A stretch of 41,816 nt of DNA from an uncultured Clostridium sp. GTDB taxonomy: Bacteria > Bacillota > Clostridia > TANB77 > CAG-508. The position numbers and the translations under genes are program-made. Under the pieces are notes generated by a model, which worked only from the letters and a program-made list of their open reading frames with translations, did no database searches and was not told where the DNA came from. Position 1 is the first letter of the stretch. Every line of letters begins with the position of its first letter. The stretch is taken from positions 1 through 41,816 of the forward strand of contig CANTHA010000002.1 of the NCBI GenBank assembly GCA_947653375.1, written 5' to 3'. Shown here one piece after another: positions 15,850-25,962 of this stretch.

Positions 15850-16389
15850 TTAATTTATTCTCTTATGTTCTAAATAATATTCTAAAATTTTTCTATCTCT
15901 TAATACAACAAATCTAGTATCATATACATCATCATAGTCTGATGGTAATAATTTATCATAGCAATCTGTTACTAATTTTAATGCCTCTTTAGGCTCTACC
16001 CATAATAACTTTGCACCTTCACTTTTCTCTTTTTCAGTTAAATTTAATTTGTGCTTATCGTTTATAACTTTTGCAATAAAAATATTAGATATTTGTTTCA
16101 AATTTTGCAAACTCTTATATTCTTCTGTAGTTCCTAATTTCTCAATAATCTCTATTTCGCAACCTGCTTCTTCTAATACTTCTCTTTTGAAAGCAATGGT
16201 CGGATCTTCATTTTCTTCCATTCCTCCTCCGACAAGTTTATATTCATTTTTATTGCTTTTATTTTGTATTGCTATTTTTCCATCATCTCTAACAACAATT
16301 CCTCTAGCAGCTACTCGTAATCTATAATCTTTCATTTCTTGTGGCTCTATTCCAAAATCTTTATCTGTTATTTTAAATAATATATCCAT
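15850..16389 (-). CDS. NUDIX hydrolase
   Basis: Nudix box GGGMEENEDPTIAFKREVLEEAGCEI. Confidence 0.85.
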   Translation of the reverse strand: MDILFKITDKDFGIEPQEMKDYRLRVAARGIVVRDDGKIAIQNKSNKNEYKLVGGGMEENEDPTIAFKREVLEEAGCEIEIIEKLGTTEEYKSLQNLKQISNIFIAKVINDKHKLNLTEKEKSEGAKLLWVEPKEALKLVTDCYDKLLPSDYDDVYDTRFVVLRDRKILEYYLEHKRIN

Positions 16390-16414
16390 TTCTTCTCTTA
16401 CCTCTTTCTATAAA

Positions 16415-16759
16415 TTATTTTTCCATTTCCCAACTCTTGAAATATATACATTCATTGTTATCATTGAATTTTATCTCATATATACCATCAAATTCGGTAA
16501 TATCTCTTTGAAATATCCAATTTACAATTACTGTATTATCTTCTATTGCTAAAATTTTAAATTCTAACTTTTTTATATCTTGATTATCAATATTCTCCCA
16601 TTCTTTTGCAATTTCTTCATATTTAGTATAAGGTGTTAAAAATGGTGTTTCTTGATAAAAGTTTGTATTAGTAAATAATGATGCTGCTTTATTAGAATCT
16701 TTATTTAGCCAAGATTCTTTTAGAATATTTAACCAATTTTCTATATATTTTCTATCCAT
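16415..16759 (-). CDS. NTF2/SnoaL-like fold protein, paralogue of 22424-22789
   Basis: Size and pattern fit (WLNILKESWLNKD...VIVNWIFQ). Clear similarity to the 121-aa paralogue. Confidence 0.5.
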   Translation of the reverse strand: MDRKYIENWLNILKESWLNKDSNKAASLFTNTNFYQETPFLTPYTKYEEIAKEWENIDNQDIKKLEFKILAIEDNTVIVNWIFQRDITEFDGIYEIKFNDNNECIYFKSWEMEK

Positions 16760-16773
16760 AATATTTTCTCCTA

Positions 16774-17613
16774 TTATTTAATAACTCCTCCAGAACAATG
16801 AAGCTCATATATTAAATTATTATCTTTATATACTTGCTCAATTCCATCAAAATTTTCTATTGTTCCATTTGCTTTAAAAGTATAGACATATCCATTATTT
16901 TCAAACTTAATTGGTCCTCTAGCTGGAATTATATTTTTATCTTCACCAACTTTCATTAGTGCTGGTCTTAATGCGTTATCCATTGCTTCCTCGCCTAATG
17001 TATCATCATAAGTTATACCATAATAATTCATTCCCCATATTGGCTTGTTATCATCACAATATACAACTTCTTCACCCATAAATTTAATCCCACCAAAATA
17101 TGTATCGTGGTATGTATATTTTTTATTATCAATTATTTCCTCATAATTATAGTCTGATGATCCGACTCTACTTGCTATAACTTTTTCTATTGTACCATTG
17201 GCATAAGTGGATTTCTTCGCTCTAATTAAAAAATCAATAAATGTATTATCTATAATATTTCCTGCATAGTAAGTTTCTGCATAAAAGCTATTATCTCTTA
17301 ACATTTTGTCGATAGATTCAAATTCACATTCTGCAAATTCACAACATAATCTCAATATTTCTTTTTCATTATCTTTATTTAGTACATATTTCTTTATTTC
17401 GCCATTTCTAAATTTAAAGATAAATACCTTATCTTTACCTAGATATTCATTCCAAAATCCATTTTCAAGCGTTTCACATATATATTTTTCAAACAATTCA
17501 ATCTTGTTATCATCAAATATAACTCCATAATTATTCCCAAATGATTTTATTCTAAAATTATCTTGTTTAAGTGCATCAATATTGTTGATTCCCATTACAT
17601 AACTGTAGTTCAT
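16774..17613 (-). CDS. Protein with C-terminal DUF5680-like domain
   Basis: TYANGTIEKVIASRVGSSDYNYEE...YHDTYFGGIKFMGEEVVY...WGMNYYG pattern. Confidence 0.55.
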   Translation of the reverse strand: MNYSYVMGINNIDALKQDNFRIKSFGNNYGVIFDDNKIELFEKYICETLENGFWNEYLGKDKVFIFKFRNGEIKKYVLNKDNEKEILRLCCEFAECEFESIDKMLRDNSFYAETYYAGNIIDNTFIDFLIRAKKSTYANGTIEKVIASRVGSSDYNYEEIIDNKKYTYHDTYFGGIKFMGEEVVYCDDNKPIWGMNYYGITYDDTLGEEAMDNALRPALMKVGEDKNIIPARGPIKFENNGYVYTFKANGTIENFDGIEQVYKDNNLIYELHCSGGVIK

Positions 17614-17616
17614 ATC

Positions 17617-17994
17617 CTATTCCTCCAATTTAAAAAATGTATCTTTATTTCTATCAATAAGATTATGTGCCATCTCCATTTCTTCTGGCTTATTTATATA
17701 AATAATTTTAAACTTTCCAGATGTGGTTTTATTTATATAATCGTGATTTACTTCTAATATATGTACTTGTCCCCAATATAGCCATTTTCCATCAATATTC
17801 TCTACTAAAAAATTTCTAACTGGTGGCATTTGATAATTTCTAATACTAGGCTTATCTTTAAATTCAAATATTCTATCAGCAAATTGTTCTGTAGTATATG
17901 GAATTTTCAAATGTTTTTTCCAATCTAATTCTTTTGGAAATCCCTGTTCCTTTGTTATTTGTAATGTATCATTAATTTCAATATATGATCCCAT
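17617..17994 (-). CDS. Hypothetical protein (125 aa)
   Basis: ORF lies 3 nt upstream of the next gene. No recognisable motif. Confidence 0.55.
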   Translation of the reverse strand: MGSYIEINDTLQITKEQGFPKELDWKKHLKIPYTTEQFADRIFEFKDKPSIRNYQMPPVRNFLVENIDGKWLYWGQVHILEVNHDYINKTTSGKFKIIYINKPEEMEMAHNLIDRNKDTFFKLEE

Positions 17995-18019
17995 ATTTAT
18001 TTCCTCCTATTTCATTAAA

Positions 18020-18592
18020 TTATTTATCTATAAATAAAACCTTTAGTATATTCTTATACCTATCTTTTATTATTTCTCTTGTTTTATCACTTAATTTATT
18101 GTAATCTCGTTCCAATTTTTTCTTTAAATAATTTTCTCCATCTTTTACTGATGAATTCATTTCATTGTAAACTAGGTGGAATAACGAAGGGATGCAGTCA
18201 AAATGTGCAATAACATCTGCATCTGCTACACATTGTTCTTCTATTGTATTTCTTGGTAATTCTTTACTACCTCTATGTCTTAATACACATTCTTTAACTC
18301 TTTCTTTTCTATCTTCTGGATAGTTCAATTTTGTTAGTAATTCATCTGCAATTTTCACTCCATAAACATTGTGTTCTTCTCTAGGTCCAAATTCTGATGG
18401 CATTGCTATATCGTGTAATAATGCTCCTAACTCTACAATTTCAATATCTGCATTATATTCTTTTGCTAATTCTACTGCATTTTTTACAACATATTTAATA
18501 TGGTCATTCCAAAAATCATAGTTATACTTTTCATTATATATATTGCATCTTTTTATCAATTCTTCTTTAATATTCTCTACTATTTCATTCAT
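18020..18592 (-). CDS. HD domain phosphohydrolase
   Basis: GALLHDIA HD motif plus downstream His/Asp residues (RHRG, DADVIAH). Confidence 0.8.
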   Translation of the reverse strand: MNEIVENIKEELIKRCNIYNEKYNYDFWNDHIKYVVKNAVELAKEYNADIEIVELGALLHDIAMPSEFGPREEHNVYGVKIADELLTKLNYPEDRKERVKECVLRHRGSKELPRNTIEEQCVADADVIAHFDCIPSLFHLVYNEMNSSVKDGENYLKKKLERDYNKLSDKTREIIKDRYKNILKVLFIDK

Positions 18593-18607
18593 TGTTCGTA
18601 CTCCTTT

Positions 18608-19519
18608 TTAATTTAAGAAATTACTAACGATAATACTTTGTTCTTTTCCATTTATTTTTACTTCTGCTCCAATAGGAATAATGCTATTTCCGTGTTTATG
18701 TCCAAAATCATTAGTTTTTACTATTGGAACATCTGAATTTATCTTTCTTAATTCATCTACAATACTATATTTATTTTTTTCTACATCTTGAAGTTGATAT
18801 ATATAACCAAAAACAACAGCTCTATTAAACACATTCATTTGATTATATTGTTCTAGCATTGTATTCCATTGAATAATATCACTATGGAATCCTTCTAAAA
18901 ATAATACTGCATTTTTTAAATCTGGCATATATGGTGTTCCTAATAATTTCAATAAGCATCTTACATTAGTTCCATATATCTTACCATTGATTTCTTCATT
19001 TTTAAAATCAATAAATTGTCTTTCTTCATAAGGAATAATTGTTTTATTAGCATTAAATAATTTATCAATAATTTCATTTTTATCATATTCTGTAACTTCA
19101 TCTTTTCCAAACCAAACATAATCTTGACAATGAAAAGTTACAAGTCCAGTCATTTTATTTATAGCACAAAGTAAAACTGTAATATCACTCATACCTAGAA
19201 ATATTTTAGGATTGTTTTTTATATTTTCAAAATCTATATATGGAAGTATTCCATTTACCATATCTCCACCTTTTACAGTAAATATTGCTTTAACTTCTTT
19301 ATCGCTAAACATATCATTTAAGTCTTTTGCTCTTTCTTTAGGTGTTCCAGCACAGTAATTATCTTCTGAAAATAAATATTTACCATATTTTACTTTTAAT
19401 CCTAAACTTTCAAAATATTTAGTTGCATTTTCTAAAGGTTTTATATCTTTATTTTTTAATGCTTTATCTGGAGCAATAACTCCTATTGTATCTCCTACTT
19501 GTAATTTATTCGCTAACAT
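18608..19519 (-). CDS. S66 family LD-carboxypeptidase (MccF/LdcA-like)
   Basis: GDTIGVIAP and GMSDITVLL (nucleophile Ser), with a C-terminal GHKHGN His. Confidence 0.8.
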   Translation of the reverse strand: MLANKLQVGDTIGVIAPDKALKNKDIKPLENATKYFESLGLKVKYGKYLFSEDNYCAGTPKERAKDLNDMFSDKEVKAIFTVKGGDMVNGILPYIDFENIKNNPKIFLGMSDITVLLCAINKMTGLVTFHCQDYVWFGKDEVTEYDKNEIIDKLFNANKTIIPYEERQFIDFKNEEINGKIYGTNVRCLLKLLGTPYMPDLKNAVLFLEGFHSDIIQWNTMLEQYNQMNVFNRAVVFGYIYQLQDVEKNKYSIVDELRKINSDVPIVKTNDFGHKHGNSIIPIGAEVKINGKEQSIIVSNFLN

Positions 19520-19534
19520 TGTAATCTCCCTCTT

Positions 19535-20227
19535 TTAATTTCTTTCTATTATTAAATCTGCAACTGTTAAATTGCAATCACTTGTAACATTATCTATAAT
19601 TGTTTTTGCTACATCTTCTGCTTTCATAAAAGAATTAGATTTTTCTACAGATACATAATCTCTACTATTTTTATAAAATTCTGTATTTATTCCTCCTGGA
19701 TATACTCCAATTACTTTTACACTTGTACCTTTATATGCAACTTTTAAACTTTCTGTATATCCTCTTTCTCCCCATTTTGTAGCACAATAAACTGATTCTT
19801 GCTTATTACCTCTTAATGCTGCAGATGACATTATATTTACTATTTTCAAATTCTTTTCTTCTTTAATTTTTAATGTTTCTGTAGAGCATATTATCATTCC
19901 TTTTAAGCCTTTAAAACATTTTTCAATATCTGCATTTTCATAATTAGTTGGTAACTTAAATGATGGCTCTCCTGCATTATTAACTAAAATACTAATATTT
20001 CCAAGTTTTGAGATTTCGTTTATTGTATTTCTTATAAATTCTTCATCTGATATATCTCCAATAAAGCCTTTATAGTTGTCTGTATATATATTATTTAATT
20101 CATTCATTTTTGTAACATCTCTGTCTATATTACAAACAAATAATCCTTTTTCTATTGATTTTTTAACTAATGCTAATCCTAAACCATTAGCTCCACCAGT
20201 TATAATAATTATATCTTTCATACTCAA
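19535..20227 (-). CDS. SDR family oxidoreductase
   Basis: ITGGANGLGLA glycine motif and YCATK active-site motif. Confidence 0.85.
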   Translation of the reverse strand: MSMKDIIIITGGANGLGLALVKKSIEKGLFVCNIDRDVTKMNELNNIYTDNYKGFIGDISDEEFIRNTINEISKLGNISILVNNAGEPSFKLPTNYENADIEKCFKGLKGMIICSTETLKIKEEKNLKIVNIMSSAALRGNKQESVYCATKWGERGYTESLKVAYKGTSVKVIGVYPGGINTEFYKNSRDYVSVEKSNSFMKAEDVAKTIIDNVTSDCNLTVADLIIERN

Positions 20228-21159
20228 TAATTCTCCTTCAAATATTTTGCTATTTCATTTGATAACTCTAAATCCATTCTTTGTATAGCTTCTTGTGTTA
20301 CGCCTGCTATATGCGGTGTTACTATTACATTATTTCTTTCTGTACTTAATATATCTTTATAATTTTCGACATCAATATCTAATCCGACATTAAATGTTTT
20401 ATTTTCATCTGCATATTTTATTAGCTCATTTATATCTACTATTTCTGCTCTTGAGGTATTTATAAAAGTAGCTGTTTTTTTCATTAAACTAATTTTTTCT
20501 TTTGAAATTAGATTTTTATTTTCTTCATTTAATGGAATATTAACAGTAATAATATCTGAATTAGATAATAGTTCATCTAATTCCAAAAATTTCACACCTT
20601 CATCTAATAAATCTTTGTGTTTTTCTGGATTTAAAGTATTACAGTAAATTTTCATATTAAATATTTTTGCTATTTTTATAACTTCTCTTGATATTTTTCC
20701 AGCTCCAACAATTCCTATGGTACTGAAATTTATATCATTACTTCTTTTAGATAAATCTGTTTTATTTCCACCTCTCATAGAAATAGTATTTGCTTCTATA
20801 ATTCTTTTTTTCAAACTTAATATCAATGCAAATATATGCTCTGCTACTGATATTACATTGGATGTTTGACAGTTAATCACCTTAACTAGACTGGAATCAA
20901 AGAATTTTTTATCTATATGATCTATTCCAATAGATAATGTTGCTATTATCTTTTTATTATGTATTTGAGTTAGCATATCTTCTGTCATTCTTTCTTTAAC
21001 ACCAATTATTAAAATATCATAACATTTTAATAATCTTAATAGTTCTTCTTGGTTTGGTCTTTCTTTGGAATTGGATAAATCTAATTGAACTCCAGAATTA
21101 GTAATAATTTCACAAGCCTTTTTATCTAAATCTTTAAATATACTATATGCTTTTAACAT
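20224..21159 (-). CDS. D-isomer-specific 2-hydroxyacid dehydrogenase family protein
   Basis: GIVGAGKISREV NAD-binding motif and TPHIAGVT catalytic His. Overlaps the downstream gene by 4 nt. Confidence 0.85.
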   Translation of the reverse strand: MLKAYSIFKDLDKKACEIITNSGVQLDLSNSKERPNQEELLRLLKCYDILIIGVKERMTEDMLTQIHNKKIIATLSIGIDHIDKKFFDSSLVKVINCQTSNVISVAEHIFALILSLKKRIIEANTISMRGGNKTDLSKRSNDINFSTIGIVGAGKISREVIKIAKIFNMKIYCNTLNPEKHKDLLDEGVKFLELDELLSNSDIITVNIPLNEENKNLISKEKISLMKKTATFINTSRAEIVDINELIKYADENKTFNVGLDIDVENYKDILSTERNNVIVTPHIAGVTQEAIQRMDLELSNEIAKYLKENY

Positions 21160-21620
21160 AGTTTATCCCCCATTAAATAATTTACATTTTCCATTTGATA
21201 ATGTGTTTCTGTTTCTCCATATATTTTGAAACCTAATCTCTCATATAACCTCTTGGCTGGATTATCTTTAAATACTTGTAATATTGTTCTAATACCTTTT
21301 TCGTGATTTTCTTTCAATTGTTCTTCTAAAATTTTTCTTCCTATGCCTTTATTTTGATATTCTTTTAATATGCTTATTTCATTTATAAATAAATCACCAT
21401 CTTCTGTTGTATGTACCACATAAATTCCTGCCATTTCATTATTGATTATAATAATTCTTTTATGTTCTAAATGCTCATTCAAATCTTGTTTTAGTCTTTG
21501 TTTTTGTTTTTCATCTTTCCAACCCCAAATTTTATCAACATACCACTTAAAATTTTGTTTCTTTAAGTTAAATAAAAAATCGAAATCCTCTAAAGTACAC
21601 TTTCTAAATCTATATTCCAT
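21153..21620 (-). CDS. GNAT family N-acetyltransferase
   Basis: QNKGIGRKILEE motif. I moved the start to the ATG at 21620 (MEYRFRKCTLEDF) to avoid overlapping the upstream SDR gene. Confidence 0.8.
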   Translation of the reverse strand: MEYRFRKCTLEDFDFLFNLKKQNFKWYVDKIWGWKDEKQKQRLKQDLNEHLEHKRIIIINNEMAGIYVVHTTEDGDLFINEISILKEYQNKGIGRKILEEQLKENHEKGIRTILQVFKDNPAKRLYERLGFKIYGETETHYQMENVNYLMGDKLC

Positions 21621-21640
21621 CTTTTCACACTTTCTTATTT

Positions 21641-22402
21641 TTATATGCTCTTTCCACCATCCACTAAATATATAGCTCCAGTAGTCCATAAAGATTTGTC
21701 TGACAATAAAAATTCTATTGTTGGTGCTATATCCTTTTTTGCATCTCCAATTCTTCCTAGTGGATAAAGTTTTTCTTTGTCCTTAGACCATTTATCGTAA
21801 CCTTCTTGTGTATAATCTCCACTTGCTACATATATATTTGTATATACTGCTGCTGGATTTACACTATTTACTCTTATATTATATTTTCCAAGTTCTTGTC
21901 CCATATATTTTGTTAGCATATCTACTCCAGATTTACTTGCACAATAAGCTATTGAGCCTCCTGCTCTTTCTGATGACATAGAAGAAATATTTACAACTGA
22001 TGTATTTATACCTTTTTTTAATAATGGTAATAATGTTTTTGTTAATAAAAATATTCCTGTTAAATTTATGTTTATAGAATTATTCCATTCTTCTAATGTT
22101 TGTTCTTCAATTCCACCAAGTTTTATAATTCCTGCAGAATTAACTAACCCATCTAACTTACCATATCTACTATCTATTTCGTTATATATCTTTTTACAAT
22201 CTTCTTCATTGCTAATATCTCCCTGTAAAAAGATAACTTTATTTGCTTTATCTCCTAATTTTTCTTTTGCCATAGATAAGTTTTTATCTCCTCTTGAAAG
22301 TGAAATAACTTCGTAATTTTCTTGTTCTAACAGATATTCTATTGTTCCTAATCCGATCCCACTTGTTCCACCTGTTATTAAAACAACCTTCTTTTCTATC
22401 AT
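21641..22402 (-). CDS. SDR family oxidoreductase (3-oxoacyl-ACP reductase-like)
   Basis: ITGGTSGIGLG, NSAG and YCASK motifs. Confidence 0.9.
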   Translation of the reverse strand: MIEKKVVLITGGTSGIGLGTIEYLLEQENYEVISLSRGDKNLSMAKEKLGDKANKVIFLQGDISNEEDCKKIYNEIDSRYGKLDGLVNSAGIIKLGGIEEQTLEEWNNSININLTGIFLLTKTLLPLLKKGINTSVVNISSMSSERAGGSIAYCASKSGVDMLTKYMGQELGKYNIRVNSVNPAAVYTNIYVASGDYTQEGYDKWSKDKEKLYPLGRIGDAKKDIAPTIEFLLSDKSLWTTGAIYLVDGGKSI

Positions 22403-22423
22403 CTTCTTTTACCTCCAATTATA

Positions 22424-22789
22424 TTATCTTGTAAATCTCCATTGCTTAAAATATGTGCATTTACCTTCACTATTTAATGAAACTTGAAAAATTCCATCTA
22501 TTTCTTGTTTTGTATTTGTTTTTGCCATAGTTCTAGTCATCTGCCAATTTATAATACAATTATTTTCGTTAAAAGCTACTATTTTAAATTTATAACTTAT
22601 ATCTTTTTGATTGTCTGCAACTACATTCCATAAGTTAGTTACTTCTTCAAAATTTTCACAAGGTTTGTCTATTGGATTTTCATAATATTCAACATCTTTA
22701 CTTAAAGTTTCTAAAGTTCTTTTCCAATCTAATTCTTTCCAAGAATCCATAAATTCCTTTATCCATTTTTCATATTTTTCTTTATTCAC
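22424..22789 (-). CDS. NTF2/SnoaL-like fold protein, paralogue of 16415-16759
   Basis: Similar layout to its paralogue (KWIKEFMDSWKELD...CIINWQMTR). Confidence 0.5.
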   Translation of the reverse strand: MNKEKYEKWIKEFMDSWKELDWKRTLETLSKDVEYYENPIDKPCENFEEVTNLWNVVADNQKDISYKFKIVAFNENNCIINWQMTRTMAKTNTKQEIDGIFQVSLNSEGKCTYFKQWRFTR

Positions 22790-22809
22790 AACTATACCTC
22801 CTTAAATAC

Positions 22810-23982
22810 TTATAAACATTCTCTAAAAATTTTGATTATATCTTCTTTATTCATATCTATAAAACCTTTTACTGTACCATTACTACATATACGATTTGCC
22901 ATTTCTTCAAAATGTTTATCATCAATATTCAAATCAGATAAATTATTTGTTAATTCTAAATCCTTATAAAATAAATTTTCTAAACATTCTATTGATTTTT
23001 CTGCAACTTCCATTTTAGATAAACTTGAATCTATATTCCATACATTTACTCCAAATTGATAATATCTATCTACAGTATTTTCATTTAATGTATATCTTAA
23101 ATATCGTGGAGTTAAAATAGCTAATCCTAATCCGTGCGTAATATCATAAAAAGCTGATAATTGATGTTCTAATAGATGACAAACCCATATATTAGGTTGT
23201 CTATCCATTCTAGCAAATCCATTTATTGCCCAAGATGAAGTCCACATTAAATTTGCTCTTGCTTCATAATTTTTAGGATCATTATAAGCAATTTTAGAGT
23301 ATTTTATTACTGTTTTCATTAGTCCTTCCATCACAGTATCTAACATATATAATCCATTATTTCTTGAAAAGTATGTTTCTAATATATGTGATAAAATATC
23401 ACAACTTCCACAAGCAGTTTGGTATTTATTTACTGAATATGTAATAGTTGGATCTAAAAAAGATACCTTTGGTAAAGTTAATGGGCTTTTTACACCTTTT
23501 TTCTCATTTGTTTCTATATTTGAAATAATAGATGTTGTATTCATTTCAGATCCAGTCGCTGATAGTGTTAATATAGTAATTATAGGTAATGCTTTTTGTA
23601 TTTCAGCTTTTTTTGTTACAAAATCCCATATATCTCCATCATAATATCTTCCTGCTGCTATGATTTTGCAACTATCAATTACACTTCCTCCACCAACACC
23701 TAAAATAACATCTATATCTTTTTCTTTACAAATACTAGCAGCTTTGTTTATTGAAGTATGTCTTGGATTAGGCTCTATTCCAGAAAATTCATATACTTCT
23801 ATATTAGAATCTTGAAGTTCTTTTATAATTTCTTGATAAAGTCCTATTTTTTTAATAGTTCCTCCTCCATAAACTAGCAATACTTTATTACCATATTTTT
23901 TTATCTCTTGACTTAAATTTTTTTGTAACTGATTTTCTCCAAAATATACTTTTGTTGGAATCTCATAAATAAAATTATTCAT
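22810..23982 (-). CDS. Iron-containing alcohol dehydrogenase
   Basis: GVGGGSVIDSCK and His-rich metal-site motifs (HLLEHQLS, HGLG); 390 aa. Confidence 0.9.
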   Translation of the reverse strand: MNNFIYEIPTKVYFGENQLQKNLSQEIKKYGNKVLLVYGGGTIKKIGLYQEIIKELQDSNIEVYEFSGIEPNPRHTSINKAASICKEKDIDVILGVGGGSVIDSCKIIAAGRYYDGDIWDFVTKKAEIQKALPIITILTLSATGSEMNTTSIISNIETNEKKGVKSPLTLPKVSFLDPTITYSVNKYQTACGSCDILSHILETYFSRNNGLYMLDTVMEGLMKTVIKYSKIAYNDPKNYEARANLMWTSSWAINGFARMDRQPNIWVCHLLEHQLSAFYDITHGLGLAILTPRYLRYTLNENTVDRYYQFGVNVWNIDSSLSKMEVAEKSIECLENLFYKDLELTNNLSDLNIDDKHFEEMANRICSNGTVKGFIDMNKEDIIKIFRECL

Positions 23983-23988
23983 TTTTCC

Positions 23989-24531
23989 CTACCTTTCTTT
24001 TAAATCCACTCCATATTCAATAAGTGCTTCTGATAAATATTGTTTTGGTTTTATAATAATTTTTTCATAATTATCAGTAGTTGCTTTTTCAAATAGTTCA
24101 ATTAAAGAAGAAAATTCTTTTTTTCGCCTTAATATAAATTCTTCGTTATTTCCTCTTTTTTTAAATCTATCTACATACTCATCAAAATTATTTGACATTG
24201 GAAAAACTAAAATAATTCTAGTATTTTTTGCATTATTTTTAAAATTATCGCTATCAATAGCTTTAAAAACGTGTTCTATGAATGGAGATACCACAATTTT
24301 ATCTTTTTCTAGTTCATTTAGAATAGCATTGATAAAATTATTAGGATATTCTGGATTTTCAGTTCGCAATGAAGTTTTCCCTTTTCTTTGTTCTAGTGGT
24401 AAATCTCTTATTGTTTCATCATAAATATACTTATAATCTTGAAAATCTAGGTCTATAACATTATTATAGCGATATTCTAATTCTGTTTTTCCTGTTCCCA
24501 TATATGCTAATATTAGTAGTTTATTTTTCAT
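23989..24531 (-). CDS. P-loop NTPase/kinase-like protein
   Basis: Walker A-like AYMGTGKTE at the N-terminus; 180 aa. Confidence 0.55.
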   Translation of the reverse strand: MKNKLLILAYMGTGKTELEYRYNNVIDLDFQDYKYIYDETIRDLPLEQRKGKTSLRTENPEYPNNFINAILNELEKDKIVVSPFIEHVFKAIDSDNFKNNAKNTRIILVFPMSNNFDEYVDRFKKRGNNEEFILRRKKEFSSLIELFEKATTDNYEKIIIKPKQYLSEALIEYGVDLKER

Positions 24532-24543
24532 AGTTAAACCTTT

Positions 24544-25071
24544 CTACAATTCTATTTTATACCTTTTAATTTTCTTATTACTAACAGTTGAATCTATGCT
24601 ATTTGTATATTCTGCTCCTATTTTGCTAAATATTTTAGGAGAAATGATATTATCTTCATAATGGCATAATATTATATCTTTCATTCCTAACTCTTTACAT
24701 TTAACTACTAATTGCTCTGCTATTTTTGTTCCATATCCTCTTTTTCGTTGAGATGGTCTTACTCCATAAGCAATATTTCCCCAAATATCATAACCTTTTT
24801 TAGTTAAGTTATTTCTAATACACCCAATTCCAATTAAATCATTATTATCAAATGCTAAAAAGTAATAACTATCCTTATACTAATCTATATCTTCGTGTTT
24901 TCCTATTTTTCTATTAGTTAGTTCTACTAAAATATTTTTATAATCATTTTGTGTTCTACATTCTAATTCTAAAACATCTGGTATTAAATCACTTTTATTC
25001 TGTATAAATTCATTATACATTTTAATATATTCATTATAATTTTCTTCTTTAAATTTAGTTAGTTTTATTAT
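24544..25071 (-). pseudogene. GNAT acetyltransferase interrupted by an in-frame TAG and lacking an ATG start
   Basis: My translation reads IIKLTKFKEENYNEY...GKHEDID*YKDSYYFLAFDNNDLIGIGCIRN...RPSQRKRGYGTKIAEQL. The amber codon is at about 24880-24882, where Trp (TGG) would fit. Confidence 0.6.
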
Positions 25072-25088
25072 TGTATTTCTCCAATTTT

Positions 25089-25442
25089 TTATAAATCATT
25101 TTTTCTTGTATCAATATGAGTATTAGGATTAAAAGGTGGATTCATTATTTCTATCATCTTCAAATTTCCTTTAAAAGCAAATTCAGTATTTATAGGAATC
25201 TCTATTGTATCTCCTCTTGATATTTCATAAGTTTCACCATTTATATTAGCTGATCCTTTTCCTTCTAAAATGTAGTATATATGTATGCTTTCTGTTTCTT
25301 TTTGATAATATTGATGACCTATCATCATATCAATATAATCAACTTCTATTCCTAATTTTCCATCGCTTAAATAATATCCTTTAAAAAAGTCATTATGTTC
25401 AAAATCTGGCGATTGTGGAAACTTTTTTATATATTTATTCAT
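25089..25442 (-). CDS. Cupin domain protein
   Basis: HIYYILEGKGSANINGETYEISRGDTIEIP cupin motifs. Confidence 0.75.
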   Translation of the reverse strand: MNKYIKKFPQSPDFEHNDFFKGYYLSDGKLGIEVDYIDMMIGHQYYQKETESIHIYYILEGKGSANINGETYEISRGDTIEIPINTEFAFKGNLKMIEIMNPPFNPNTHIDTRKNDL

Positions 25443-25443
25443 T

Positions 25444-25959
25444 CTATTTCTCCTTTAATTTTTTATAATCAAATCTATACATACCAATTATTGTGGATAT
25501 TGTCATAAGAGAATCCGAAATTGCTGCAGTATATGCTTGACACACAATATCATATAAAATCCATAATATTATATTTATTAAAGATATTCTTCTTATGTTT
25601 TTTTCTTTATCTTGTATTATAGTTAAAGTATATAATATTGAACATATTATAGGAACAATATCTATATAGCCTTTGAATGTTATTACACCTAATATAATGG
25701 ATATAATAATATATATTCCAACAACAATCTTTGGTACTTGCTTATCTTTATTCTCAAAAACTTTATTTATAAATGTTTGCACTATTGCAAAAGTACAAAT
25801 TATCGCACCACTATAACTCTGTAATAAAACAAAATTTATTGCAGAAAATAAATTTGCTAATATAAACATAAGAATTATTTGTTTCTTTTTCTTCATTTGC
25901 ATTGAAAGAACATTTGCTATTATCACTAATATTCCAAAAATTTGAGCAGTTATAAACAT
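25444..25959 (-). CDS. YgjV-like integral membrane protein
   Basis: Five to six hydrophobic helices. The N-terminal AQIFGILVIIANVLSMQMKKK pattern is typical of YgjV-family proteins. Confidence 0.55.
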   Translation of the reverse strand: MFITAQIFGILVIIANVLSMQMKKKKQIILMFILANLFSAINFVLLQSYSGAIICTFAIVQTFINKVFENKDKQVPKIVVGIYIIISIILGVITFKGYIDIVPIICSILYTLTIIQDKEKNIRRISLINIILWILYDIVCQAYTAAISDSLMTISTIIGMYRFDYKKLKEK

Positions 25960-25962
25960 TAT

